From the human T2T-CHM13v2.0 reference genome, Homo sapiens, in the NCBI RefSeq assembly GCF_009914755.1, contig NC_060944.1: a DNA stretch of 64,000 nt. The stretch is one strand, 5' to 3'. This document shows positions 46,770 to 60,732 of the stretch, in pieces. How positions within the stretch are numbered: the stretch's first letter is position 1; each line of letters begins with the position of its first letter. The translations under genes and the position numbers were made by a program. Under the pieces are notes generated by a model. The model ran no database searches. It saw only the letters and a program-made list of their open reading frames with translations, and was not told where the DNA came from.

Positions 46770-47062
46770 TTTTAATTCAACCAATAGTTATTAAATGCCT
46801 ACTACACAGCAGGCACTGGGCTAGGTGCTGGGAAAAAACACAGATGCACCCTTTTCCCCCCTTCAAGTTGATTATAGTATAGTGCTATCCAATAGAATTT
46901 TCTGCAGTGATGGAAATTTTCCATGTCTCAGTGTCCAGGGCAGTAGCAACTAGCCACAAGTAGTTATTAACCATTTGAAATGTGGCTGATGCAACTAAGG
47001 AGTTGAATTTTTTATTTTATTTTAACTGTTTATATTTAAATATAAATATAAACAGCCACATG
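46770..47062. mobile_element. L2 3' fragment followed by MER3-like fossil (about 46880-47062)
   Basis: ttattaaatgcctactacacagcaggcactg; gtgctatccaatagaattttctgcagtgatggaaat. Confidence 0.7.
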
Positions 47063-47345
47063 CTTAATCTTAGTTTCTAATGTGTAATCCACCGTTGTGT
47101 CAAAAAGGATTGCACTGGGACAAAAGACTATGTTCATCATTATAAAAGAGCTGTTTACATGGGAGGAAAGGCTGACACATAATTGAGGAAACCAAGGAAG
47201 GCTTCACAGAGGTGGCAGTCACTGAGCTGAGACCTAGAGGAGCAGATAAGAAGGACTTCCTCATGACAATATGAAAAAGCCTGAGATGCGAGTATCATGT
47301 TACTTGCATCTTGTGGAACTGTATGTAATTTCATCATTTGCATGT

Positions 47346-47750
47346 TGTGTTACTCTGCTCAGCTTCCACAGCAAAATGTCACAGACTGGGTGGCTTCAGC
47401 AACAGAAATTTATTTTTTCACAATTCTGGAGTCTGGAAGTCTAAGATCAAGGTGCCCGCGAGATTCGTTTCTGGGGAGGCTTCTCCTCTGGGTTTGCAGA
47501 CAGTGGCTTTTTGCCATGTCCTCAGATGGCCTTTCTATGCACATGCACAGAGAGAGAGAGAGCGCATGCACACGCTGGCACTTCTTCCTTTTCTTATAAG
47601 GACACCAGCCCCATCAGATCAGGGACCTACTCATAGGAGCTCATTTAACCTTAATTACTTCATTAAAGATCCTGTCTCCAAATATAATCACATTGAGGGT
47701 TAGGGCTTTGATATATGAATTTGGGGTAGACACAATTCAGTCCATAAAGG
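47346..47750 (-). mobile_element. MLT1A-type MaLR solo LTR
   Basis: cacagactgggtggcttcagcaacagaaatttatt...gaatttggggtagacacaattcagtccataa. Confidence 0.85.
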
Positions 47751-47987
47751 AAGTATATCTCTCACACATAGCTCACACAAATTCTGTAGAAAACTATCAT
47801 CTATTTACCTAGCATCTGGTGATTTTAATCACTGCTTTTGACTTGCATAGTGATAGATAACATAGGGTTCTAGAATAGTAACAGGTATAAAAAATACCTA
47901 AACCAAAGTATCCACCTCACAGAACTCGAATGTAATTAAATATTGCTTAAGCAAATATTAATTTTCCTTTATTCTTTGAAGACAAAC

Positions 47988-48788
47988 CAGTGGTGAGCTG
48001 GAGCTTACTATCTAAGCTCATAAGAGTCCATTTTAAAATTTTTCAGGGATTTTGTGACCTGGTTATTCAACACAACCATTACTACAAATTAAATTATATA
48101 AACTTTCAATGAAATAAATTTATTCAAAACAAATGTAACAAATACTCATAACTCATCATTTACCAATTTTTTCCTAGAGCTTTGTTGAAGCACTTTTTAA
48201 ATTTTTTTTAAGACAGGGTCTCACTGTGTTTCCTGGCTGGAATGCAGTGAAGCGATCATGGCTCACTGCAGCCTCAATTTCCCGAGGTCAGTTCAATGGA
48301 TCCTCCCACATCAGCTTCCCACGTAGCTGAGAATACAGGCTTACCACCACACCTGGCTGATTTTTTTTTATTTTTAGTTTTGTAGAGGTGGAGTTTTGCC
48401 ATGTTGCCCAGGCTGATCTTAAACTCCTGAGCTCAAAGCGATCGTCCCGCCTCAGCCTCCCAAAGTGCTCGGATTACAGGCATGAGCCACCATGCCCGGC
48501 TCACTTACAAATAATTTAATACCTCTCACTATTGCCGGTGCTCTCACTATTGCTGGTGCTCTCTAGGTACTTTGCATCTTTACATCTACTACGCACCATC
48601 GGTAGTGGTGGCTCTGACAGTCTGCTACTGTACACCTCCTCCCAACGCCTTATTCAAGGTCACGACTTTGTTACTTTGAGACTGGCTCTGGGCAAGTATT
48701 TACACCATTGAAAATCAACAATCTCTAAAACTGGGCCCTTTCATTTTCCAGGAGAGCCGTATATTAATCATTTACCGGCATACCACTG
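47988..48788. mobile_element. MER63-like hAT element containing an AluJ (48202-48501, minus strand)
   Basis: Terminal inverted repeats cagtggtgagctgg / ccggcataccactg; degenerate 8-bp TSD agacaaac/gcacaaac. Confidence 0.75.
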
Positions 48789-49724
48789 GCACAAACCTTA
48801 CCCTCTTTCATGGTACAGGGTTTTCCCAGTATTTATCTGGAGTTCCTGTTGCAGCTTTCCATGGTTGAAACATTATTACCCATCCTTTAAAAACAAAATG
48901 AAACTTTTTACTGAAATAAATTACCTTCTTTAAAGCTTTTTTTTCTGTTTCCTCCATTAGACAGAGCCTGTACTGCTCTGTTGATCTATGAACTTTCAGG
49001 CCCTCAGTATAAAATGTTTTAAGGACAACAGAAAAGTCCCCTAAAACTTACACCTAGCATTGACAACATTTTTCTAGCCCCCTCAGCAATGTCTTCTACC
49101 TAAAATTGCCTCAGCTGTAACGTAACATACCTCCTGCTGCTAGTACTAGCTCACAGCTAATACTAAGCGTAACACCTGACTCCATTTTACAGGGGCCACT
49201 TTTTTTCCTCTAAAAGTTTTATGTAGCAGTAAGTGAAATAGAATAGATGCTGGGGTAAACAGCAGTTTCCAGATTAAATGTTATTTTCTGTAGGAAACAT
49301 TTCTCTCCAATGTTGCCCCTTCACACCATCCCCAAACAAGTAAAAAGTTGCTCAGACTTTGAAAATGTAATACCATCTGGCAGAACTCACATTCGACCTT
49401 TTATTAAAACTACAATTATGTCACACCTGTGAGGTTTAAAATTCAAGGCTCCGGAAGTTAAAGCGATGTGTCCAAGGTTACATGGAAAATTCTTGAGAGC
49501 TCACAGTTTCCTGCCCTGGCCTTTCACTTCGGATGTACACCATAGTACGTGTGTTTTCTGATTAGAGCTCTCTTCAGTTATGATTTATTTTACCATCATA
49601 ACATTTTGGGAGGCTGGTATGAGGGAGAGTATAGAAGAAGGAATTCAAGCAGAAAAGGTTAAATGATTTACAGTTTTCGCCCTTTCTCCAAGGGAAATTT
49701 ATGTGCCCCCAAATTTTAGAATCA

Positions 49725-50185
<461 letters not shown>

Positions 50186-51590
50186 GTCTGGAAGGATAGA
50201 AAAAGCAAGTGAGAAACAAAAAAGGGACCACCTATGAGGTAGGAGGAAAACCAAGAGTGTCAAACAAACCCAGAGGAAAAGCAGTGCATGAGTATGAAGG
50301 GCATGTTCCCCAGTGTCTAAAGTTGGTGAATGCTACAGGAGAGTCTTCTTTGGTTTTAGTATCCAGGAGGTCATTATTGGCCTTGATCTTAATGAGGAAT
50401 CAGCCAAAAGGTGGGGAAGGGAACCAGGTAAGAGTGGATTAAACAGGAGACCAGGAACAGGAGACAGCTTATCTAACACTCATTTGGAGGTTTAGACTCG
50501 AAGGGAAGCAGGGATCTGGTCTAGTAATGGAGGAAATAGGAGGGAAAATCCATTTGAGAAGAGATTAATGAATCCTTCTAATTCATGGTTCGGTCTAGTT
50601 TATCATGAAACACTAAATCAAATGAAAGAGTTGCTTCTATAGCCCTGTGCACTTCCATCAGCAGATTTTATATTGAGTTGTGCAGATCAACCCCATTGCC
50701 AAGGAAGAACAAGAAAAAGATATTTCACCTACATTAATGGTTGGCAGAGTGGTTTTTCCCTCTGATAAATTAATATTCAATGGAGGAACAATATGTTAAT
50801 GAGTATACAGCATATATTATTCAGAACAATAACAATAAAGGATTTCTGTAGACCTTGTTTAAATGTTAGGTTTTCTTTTGCTGTTGAGTACATGAACAGC
50901 AATACTTACACAACTTACATCATGATCGTCAGAGCCGATACAGAAAGCCACAGGCCTGCCTGGCTGCTACACTGAGGTGTCTACAGACCAAGAGGCTTCA
51001 CATGTGCCTTTCTGTAATTAGTATTTACTCAGCCTCCTATAGCAGGGAAAATATTTTGCACATAATAAACTCATATATTTCCTTACCCATTAAGGGGTAA
51101 TGTACTTAAGCACATTTTCCTGTAGGATTTTTACCAGCAAGGTCGAGTCATAGCTCCAGGAGAGGAAAGAATGGGACTCACTAGAAGAGAAGATCCTCAT
51201 TAGCAAGTGAAAAATTTTGTAAAACAGGGATTACAAGAGAGGAAGGTATTTTTTTTTCAAATTTTTCAAATTCCTTTAACTTCTTCTAACATGGAAGTCA
51301 GATCTGGGGGGCTAGAGCCTTGCTTGCTATATACCCAAAGATGACAGAACTCAGGATAAGACATAGAAAAAGAGAAAAGCCTGCCCCCTTCTTCCTCAGG
51401 CCTTGGAATCGTTGGAAGAAGAAGGGGAGAGAGAGAATAGAGCAGGAAATGAGACTTTGTATGTACCTCTCTGACTTCTACCCTCCAGGCGAAAATCCGG
51501 AAGATTCTGGAGCAGGCTCATGACACCTCATATCTTGTGTGTCTTAGAAGGGACACGAAAGCTCTTGCATGTCCTGGTGATGGGAAATGG

Positions 51591-51643
51591 TGGTGTGAGC
51601 GGGGGCTGGTGTGAGCGGGGGCTGGTGTGAGCGGGGGCTGGTG
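51591..51643. repeat. 16-bp minisatellite (tggtgtgagcgggggc) x3.3
   Basis: Three identical units plus tggtg. Confidence 0.97.
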
Positions 51644-52741
51644 AAAGCTGGGACAAGACAAAGAGGCTCCCTCTGGTGTTGACTTCATAACTGAAGTCCG
51701 CTGGACTCAAGTAATGAGTGGACTTGGCCAGACTCTACCGGGGCATCTCGCCCCAAATGGCCAGCAGTCTTGTGTCCATGGAGAAATCTAGACCAACCAT
51801 TTCACAGCACAGACCTATGAGGATGCAGAGAGCAGCCTGGCAGGTCTAAGTCTGTGCCTTTCTCCCCCTTGGAAGACACACTGATTTCCTGAATAGATTT
51901 ACCCACCATTTGGGAGAGCTGAAAATGGGAAGGACAACTTTACAAGCTTCAACTTTACCCAAAGAGACTGACTCATGCAAAAAAACGTGTAAAACCAATC
52001 CTATGGGGAGTGAAATGTTGAAGAAACCATAAGGAAATTGTCTATTTCCTTTAACAGTTAGAAGGACTAGGGCAGCTTCCCTTCCTGTCATGGGAAGTGT
52101 GGCTCCTACGCCCTCTGGGAGAGTGGTTTGAGAAGTGTTTCCGCTGTGACTTAAATTATAGCCATTTCCCGAGCAGGCAGCCCAGGGACTGTGGTAGGCA
52201 GTGCCAGCTACTCGGAGTCAATTGAAAGGGAATTGGTCGCCTGGGAGGTTTCTAACCTGATTTCAGGTTTCCTGGACACCGCGTCCTCTCCTGACCCAAC
52301 ACCTGCTGTGACAGATAGATGTTTGTAATGAGGTGAATAACAAACAGTCTCATGAACATTAGGTCACATGGAACAAAAGGCACACTGGCTTAGGTGGAGC
52401 CTGCATTTTCCTGTTTTTCTAATACATTTCTCTACCAAGTCTACTCACTCGCGGAAAGCTTTGGCAAGATTTTTAGGCAAAGCCTTTAAACTCACATTTT
52501 TTTGAAGAAAAAAATGTTTGCTATTTCATGGCTGAAAGAGAGACTCAATTCTGCTGTTACATTCAGAAATCTGTTTTTTTGTTTTTAAATGTCTGTTTCA
52601 TACTTAAAATCTCAGAATATCTTACTGAGACCAGCTCTAAAGTAAACTATTTCACCACACTCAAAGAAGACCCAACCATCATAATAAAAGGGGCAGAAAG
52701 AAACATTGGGAGGTGATGGATTTGTTGTAAAAATGAATGAG

Positions 52742-53037
52742 GGCCAGGCACGGTGGCTCACACCTATAATCCCAGCACTTTGGGAGCCTGAAGTGGGAGG
52801 ATCACTTGAGCCAAGGAAATCGAAATCAGCCTGGGCAAGATAGTGAGACCCTATCTCTAAAAAAATTTTAAAAAATTAGCTGGGCATGGTAACACATGCC
52901 TGTAGTCCCAGCTACTGAGGAGGCTGAGGCGGGAGGATCACTTGAGCCCAGGAATTGCAGGCTGCAGTGAATTATGATCACACCACTGCACAGCCAGGGC
53001 AACAGAGCAAGATTCTGTTTTAAATAAATAAATAAAT
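52742..53037 (+). mobile_element. AluJ
   Basis: Diverged full dimer with (TAAA)n tail. Confidence 0.92.
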
Positions 53038-53692
53038 ATTAATGAATAAAATCAAATATTCCTAATAGACAAACTGGCTTTTGACTTTTCTGGTGGTATT
53101 TCAATTGATTTTTCCTGTAGCGGAATTCATAGGTGAATGCCTGCCACAGCAAGGGTCCAGTGTGAATGAAGCTTTCTATGTGATTTGTAGGTTTTTCCTC
53201 TGCCCTGATGTGACTACCAGAAGTGGGGTTCAGCTGGGAGTTTTAGAAATGACTTTTTCTTTTTATTTAAATTTTGTGCCTAATTATATTCTTAGATGTA
53301 TTGGTCAGAGCTTTATCATGATCATTCGTATATCTACAGTCCCTCAGTATTTAAGTCTTATTAGCAAAAGTAAATGTGAAAAAGGTATTGTGTGAGATTT
53401 TACAACAGCCCAAGATGAAGAGTATAGATGTGTGTGGTGTTTGTCGATGGCATTATGCTTCTATCCTTGTTCTGACAGGATTCTGGCCTTTTGGAACATT
53501 CTGTCTAAGGATTGAAGCTAATTTAGTTGAGAAACCTAAATATTACATTTCGAGAATGAATTTAACACCTAGATTTCCAATCTTGAAATTACAATAGTCA
53601 CTCACTTATCAAAGAGTAGAGTAGAAAATAGTTCTTTCCTTTTAACATCTTTTCTCTCTTAAAATTGGAGGACAGGGATTTATAAGTAGTGT

Positions 53693-53769
53693 TCCATCTA
53701 TCCATCCATCCATTTATCCATCCATCCATCCATTCTTTCATCCACCTATCCACCTATGGTATGTACTTG

Positions 53770-53806
<37 letters not shown>
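53693..53806. repeat. Degenerate (CCAT)n followed by (TG)n microsatellite
   Basis: Seen directly. Confidence 0.95.
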
Positions 53807-53809
<3 letters not shown>

Positions 53810-56800
53810 CATATTTAAAAGGCAGGTTTACTCATTGCTTTTGGTACAGTTCTCTAAACTAAAGAAGCTTATGTTGGTACTTTTATTGTCCATGAAATTA
53901 TATTATGAAACAATAACAGGTAGGAAGGATGGGTTCCCATAAATATCCTCTTACTCTCTTTGCATTTTGTATCATGTGCACTACTAATCTCTTACATTTG
54001 TTAATCCATTGCTATGGTTTTGACATAAGTTGGACTGACACCTTCATTTAGCAGGTGTAGAAAGAGGCCCAGAGAGGTCCACTTACAGGCAGGAGTAGGG
54101 CCAGGCCAGAAATCTAGTCTCCCGTCTTTTTGCTTTTCTTAGCAAACAGATTCCCCAATGAGCAGACTTGATTGTGTCTTGCTGCACAGCAATCCACACT
54201 AACCATACAGGTGTAATGTCCATTATCTAAAAACCCCAGTCCGCTTTGATTTCGGATCATGTGCTTCCCTTCTCTACTGTGCAGATGTCAGGTAAACAGG
54301 TCATCGCTGCACTGCTTCATTGTTTGTTCCAGTCTTCTTTTCTCTGGGTTCCTTCCTTTATTCATTTTCAGCTGTTATGAATTTATACACAATTAAAGGG
54401 GGAGGGAGGCATATTAATTGAAAAATTGATGACATAACCTTGAGGGCTTTGCTTTAATTACCTCCAGTGTCCAGGAATGACAGTTCTTCAGATTTATCTT
54501 CTCTTCCTTAATAGAGGATTTTCCCACTGGACAGACTTCTGGCAATATCTGGTGTTCAGACTGTAGTGCCATGCTCTGCTATTTTTATTACTCACACAAA
54601 AGTGCGTTGATGGGCCATGGGCAAGTTAAATTTATCATCTTGCAACGGTGGGATGAAAGAGCCATTGCTAACCCTGGCAAACCTAAGGTGTACAATTTCA
54701 CAAAATTACATAGATGGTAAGAGGTGGTGTTGACACAATTGGAGCTGACACTTTCATTTAGCCGACGTGGAAAGAGGCCCAAGAGGTCCACTTACAGGCA
54801 GTGGTAGGGCCAGGTCAGAAGTCTAATCTTCAGCCTCCTTGCTTTGTACTCCCGACCTCAAACCCGACCACTCTCTTCTCCCAACCATAATGCATCTTAG
54901 TGAGTTACAGTACAACACAAGATCTAGAAATATCTGACTATTAAAAAATTATCTGCTGATCATAAAACAATTGAAAACATAGAGAAGAATTTAGTTAGGG
55001 GCTAGATGTAGTGTTTAAAATTTGAAAATCAATAGTTTTCCTCTATAGCATCAATAATATCTATCTGTCTATCTAATTATGTATAATATGAAACAAAACA
55101 ACAGAAACCATAAGATATATTAATAGAACACATATAACCTGTTTATAGATATTCCTAAGGAGGATTGTGGCAAAGATTCCTGGAAGTGATATTTAATGGT
55201 ATCTTATAAAATGGTAGTGAAGAGAAAAGTAAAACAGTGGCAAAGAATATGAAAGATGAGATACCAGTGTATAAGAGAGCAATAAATAATTAAAAGCAAA
55301 CAAATGGGAAGGAACTGATCTTTCAGAAAAAACCAGGAGATACAGCTAAGTGCCCAGAGCACAGGATCCCATCTGAGAGGGACACTGGAAAGAGAAAACC
55401 AAGGGAGGTAAATTATCAAAGAAATATTATAAGAAACATTTTCACAACTGAAGAATATTAATTACCAGACTGAAGGGCCAAACTGAGTGCCCAGCCACAA
55501 GAAAGAAATGACCCACACTTAGGCTCCAAACTGGAAAATTTTGGAATACCAAAAACAAAAAGAATTTTTTTCAACATTTCCAGAACAAAAACTACCACTC
55601 ACAAATTGAAAGTCAGAATGAGATCAGGCATCTCTACAGAAAATGAAAGTTTGAAGAGTAAAGCAAAGCATTCAAAGTCCTAAAATAATTTAATGGGGAA
55701 TTCTGAAGCCATACTATCAAGCCAGAGAATAGAACAAAAACATGTTCAGACATACAAAATACTGTACCATCTATATATTTTTCTAAAAGGCAAAACAAAT
55801 TCTGTTCTTTCTATAAGCATATATATGAATATGAATGAACAGAGAATTTCTGGACATCTACATACCAAACTTAAACCATGGTTTACCTGGGGGAGGGGAC
55901 TGGGATTAGGGAGGTGGCCAAAGGGTGCTTTGCAGCTATCCATATTGTTTGTTTGCATGTGTTTACTGAAATAATGTAATTATGTATTATCTGGGTGATT
56001 AAAAGTATTCTTCATGTTAATGCAAGATAATCCATTAGTGATAAAAGTTAGTTTTAAATGAGAGCTTGTTTGAAATTCTAAGCTTTCCTCTAACTGTTCA
56101 TCTGGAACCACTTCTTTCAAGTGCCCTTTCTATTTCTAGCTTTAAAAAGAAATCCAATTCAGGCTAAAAGGAGCCATTATAGTTTCTTGATATCATCACA
56201 TTTCTGTTAATGAGCCCTTCAAACTTGATTGGTTCTTAGTAGAATTACAGTGATTCTGAAGCAATCCTGAAGTCACCTGTTTCCCTCTGCCATAGAAAAT
56301 GCCGCATCTGTTGCTGATATAATCTAAGATAACAAAATATCAAGAAAACAAAACAGAGAGACCTGAGCTTCCAATGAAAACTCTGTATAACTTTTTAAAA
56401 TATGTTTAAATGCATCAATGAATGGGAAAAAAGTAGAGAACGCTCAGAGGACAAGGTCCAAGTGAAAGCAGGTACCAGAGAGGTGAGCAGAGCATGCAAG
56501 CTGTCCTTTATCTTGAAGGTGTCTATCAGTGTCAGCTTGGTAGAACTTGGTATTGAAACTTGGTGTAGAATAGAGGAGGAAAAAATTCTCCCTGAGAATT
56601 CATGATTGCAAGCTGGTCCTCACTGGGGGGTTTGAAGCCTGAATTCACCCCACCTGACAAACTCAGGGCCAGACTGAAGGGCCAAACTGAGTGCTCAGCA
56701 ACAAGAAAGAAATGACCCACGCTTAGGCTCCAAACTGGAAAATTTCAGAATACCAAAAAACAAAGAGATTTAATTTAAATCTGTCTCATCCTGGAAATCC

Positions 56801-57884
56801 TCTGGGCTCCTGACATAATTAATCAGTTTGTTTAAAAAGGAACCCATCTTTAAACCAGACCTTAAACTATTACTACAGATAAAGTTCCAGGAAATTCACC
56901 ACATGAAAGCAATCACAATGAATACGAAGAAAGTCCATGAGTGAGAAAGAGCAAAAATAACAGACAGCAGAATGACCCCTACAAAAACTTGAGATTTTGG
57001 AATTATGAGAAACAGAATATTAAGCAAGTACTTTTAAGGTTGACAATATGAGTAAAAAGCAACTGACTAAAAAAAGCGATGAAGCACATTTGCAAACAAA
57101 CAAATTGATTCTCTATAAGTGAAAAATATATTTAAAATGCAATGCATAGTTATAGCAACAGAAAGAGAATTAGTAAATTTTTAGTGATCTATATAATTAG
57201 CAAGAATACAGCAAAGTATCAAAGACATGGAAAATATGGTAGAGAGATCAAGAGGCACGAAGGATAGAATGAGAAGAGGTGAGAGCAAATAGGTACAGGA
57301 GATTATCTGAAGAGGTTATGTTTCAGAATTAATAAAATTAATTCTGGATTAATTCATAGATTCACAAATTCATAGATTAAGAAATCTCAAGCATAGTGTA
57401 TTTTAAACAATGCCACATCTAAATATAAGTATCATATTTAAGTTCCAGAAACACAAGTATCATTTAACAATGAAAGTAATAAAGAGATTTTTAGCACAGC
57501 CCAGGAAGACAAAAGATGGGGAGCAAGGATACAGTGAGGACTGAGGGTTTCCCACCAGCAAATCTTCACTAAAGGAAATCATATCTCCATATGCTAGTCA
57601 GACAAAAAGATGCCCACTATTATCCCTTTCTGTTCAATGCAGTAAGACAAGAAGAATAAATAAAAGATACAATGTTCAGATATTAAATGAAAAAATATTT
57701 GCAAATGATGTGAATAACTATTCAGAATAATCTACAGATAAGTTAATGAGTTAGCAAATATGCTGAATATAAAATTAATTTATAAAAATCCATTTCATTT
57801 CCATATATAAGCAACAGGCAGCTAGAATAACTTAAAAAATATATAACGTCATAACAAGTAAAGTTATTATTGGGTATAACATCA

Positions 57885-58201
<317 letters not shown>

Positions 58202-58811
58202 TCAACATTTGTAGAATTTGACAAGCTGATTCCAAAATTTTTATGGTAAAGCAATGGCCCAGGAATTACCAAGATGTTTCTGAAGTGGGACAGAACATAA
58301 AGATTCATCACATATCAAAAATCATTCTGAATATGTAGTAATTAAGATATTAGTGGGATACTGGCAGCTTTAACATTGGCACAAATAAGTGATCTATGAA
58401 TAAGCGCACACTGATGTGAGAACTTGATTTATGAGAGAGATGGCACTGGAGACATGTGGAGAAACTCAGGCTTTTCAATAAACATTGAAAGAACTATTAT
58501 TATTGATATGGAAAAAAACTAAATTGGATTCCTACCTCACCTCACACACAAAAATCCTATCTATGTGGTTTCAAGAATTAAATATGAAATATAAAACTAT
58601 AAATCTTTAGAATATTATGTAGAATACCTTTGTGCATTTGGGAAAAGGAAGGTTTTTCTTTACCAATATAGAAAAAGAACAAAATTTAACAGAAAGATTG
58701 ATAATTTGGGCTAAATTGAAGGTAAGATATTCTGTTCATCAAAAGACACTTTGAAGAGAGTAAAAAGACAGATAACTCCTACACTTAAAACTTAATCAAA
58801 AATTAGTGTTA

Positions 58812-59403
58812 TACATCATCCTTTGCTAACCATGAGGGATTTGTTCTAGGACCCACCCCGCCCAGATACCAAAACCTGCAGATGCTGAGCACCTGACACA
58901 AAATGGTGTAGATAGTCTCAAATTGATTTCCAGAGGGTTTGCACCAATTTTTACTTCCACCAACAGTTTACAGTTGTCCCAGATGCACCATATCCTTGAA
59001 AATTACTTAATATCATTAGACTTAAAAATAAAAAGTAGCAAAACATGAATCCCTGGTTTAGTTGGTTAAATAATGGTCCCTCATATTCCTAAACACTTCC
59101 TCAGATATGCCAGTGTAGAGGTATAAAATAGTGTAACACTGTGGTTTATTTATATGTATTATAAATATATATTATATATAGTAAAACCTATTCATCCTCC
59201 TATATATATTAAATCCTCTCCAGATTACTTATACTACCTAAAATGCCATATAAATACTTGTTACACTGTATTGGTTATAATTTGTATTATGTTTTATTTA
59301 TGTTTTTTTTTTTCAAAATTTTTTGAGTTACAATTGGGTGAATAGGTGGATACGAATTCAACCAGCAGATACAGAGAACCCATGGATACAGAGTCAACTG
59401 TAT
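58812..59403 (+). mobile_element. MER2-like fossil carrying a foreign insertion of about 200 bp
   Basis: gataccaaaacctgcagatgctga...aaaatggtgta then, after the insert, ctctccagattacttat...aacccatggatacagagtcaactgta. Confidence 0.75.
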
Positions 59404-60394
59404 TATATAGTATTATATATACTCTATATTATAGTAATATATTATAACATAGTATTATATTATTATATATGAAATTCCTACAGATTAAGTGAAAGACAAA
59501 CAGTAGAAAAATGTGGAAAAACTCAAACAGGTGCTTCTAATATGGAAAAACACAAACGATTGGCAACATATAAATAGGCTCAAGCTCATTAGTAATCAAA
59601 GAAATGCACATTGAAACCACAGTGTTATATTATTTTATGCCTTCAGACAGGCAAATTTTTTAAGTCTAACAATATCAAGTGATTTGCAAGGATATGGTGC
59701 ATCTGGGACAACTGTAAACTGCAGGTGGGAGTAAAAACTGGTGCAAACACTCTGAAAAACAATTTGAGATTATCTAGTTAAGTTGAAGGTGTACAGTCCT
59801 ATAACCAGAAATTCCTCATCAAGGTAGAAACTCCCTAGAGAAATTGTAGCATATGTGTATCAGGAGCGTTGTGCCAGAGTGTTCATAGCAACACTCTCTG
59901 TACTAGAAAAAGAAATGAAAAATAACCCACCTATAATAGTAGAATAAAGCAATGTTAATATATTCCTACAAAAGAATATTACACAACAACTAAATAAATA
60001 TGACTTGTAGCTACACATAACAACTTGGATAAATTTCATCATCAAAATATTTAGTTAAAAAAACAAGTGGGAGGAAAATATATACAGTATGATTCAATCC
60101 AATAAGTTTAAAAGCATGCAAAATGAATCAATATTTTAGTATACAAATATGATACCAATCAATTTTTTAAAGTATGAGAACAATAAAACCAAAAAATTCA
60201 AGACTCTCATTACCTCTGAGGAGTCAGGGAAGGAGAGAGGATTTTATAAACTAGTCAGTAGGTGTTTATGCTTCAATGTTCTTTATATCTTATGACTATT
60301 TTACCCTCTTTTATATGTACTCAATATTGAAGAGATCAAAGCTATCTTGAGTAGAGGTAAAAGAAAAATTTTTTTAGTTAAAAAATATATTTAA

Positions 60395-60689
60395 GGCCGG
60401 GTGCGGTGGCTCATGCCTGTAAACCCAGCACTTTGGGAGGCTGAGGTGGGTGGATCACGAGGTCAGGAGTTCGAGACCAGCCTGGCCAAAATGGTGAAAC
60501 CACATCTCTACTAAAAATATAAAAATTAGCCAGACATGGTGGCCTGCGTCTGTATCCCAGCTACTCAGGAGGCTGAGGCAGGAGAATTGCTTGAACCTGG
60601 GAGGCGGAGGTTGTGGCAAGCTGAGATCACGCCTCTGCACTCCAGCCTGGGCAACAGAGCAAGATTCCGTCTCAAAAAAAAAAAAAAAA

Positions 60690-60730
<41 letters not shown>
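60395..60730 (+). mobile_element. AluS (Sg-like) with poly-A and (TA)n tail
   Basis: ggatcacgaggtcaggag; (TA)n at about 60693-60728. Confidence 0.95.

Positions 60731-60732
<2 letters not shown>

Noticed and set aside
48523-48565. 18-bp tandem duplication ctctcactattgc(c/t)ggtg
   Set aside because: Ordinary slippage inside a transposon fossil
53693-53755. (CCAT)n as a NOVA YCAY cluster
   Set aside because: More than 12 kb from any exon in the window; common microsatellite
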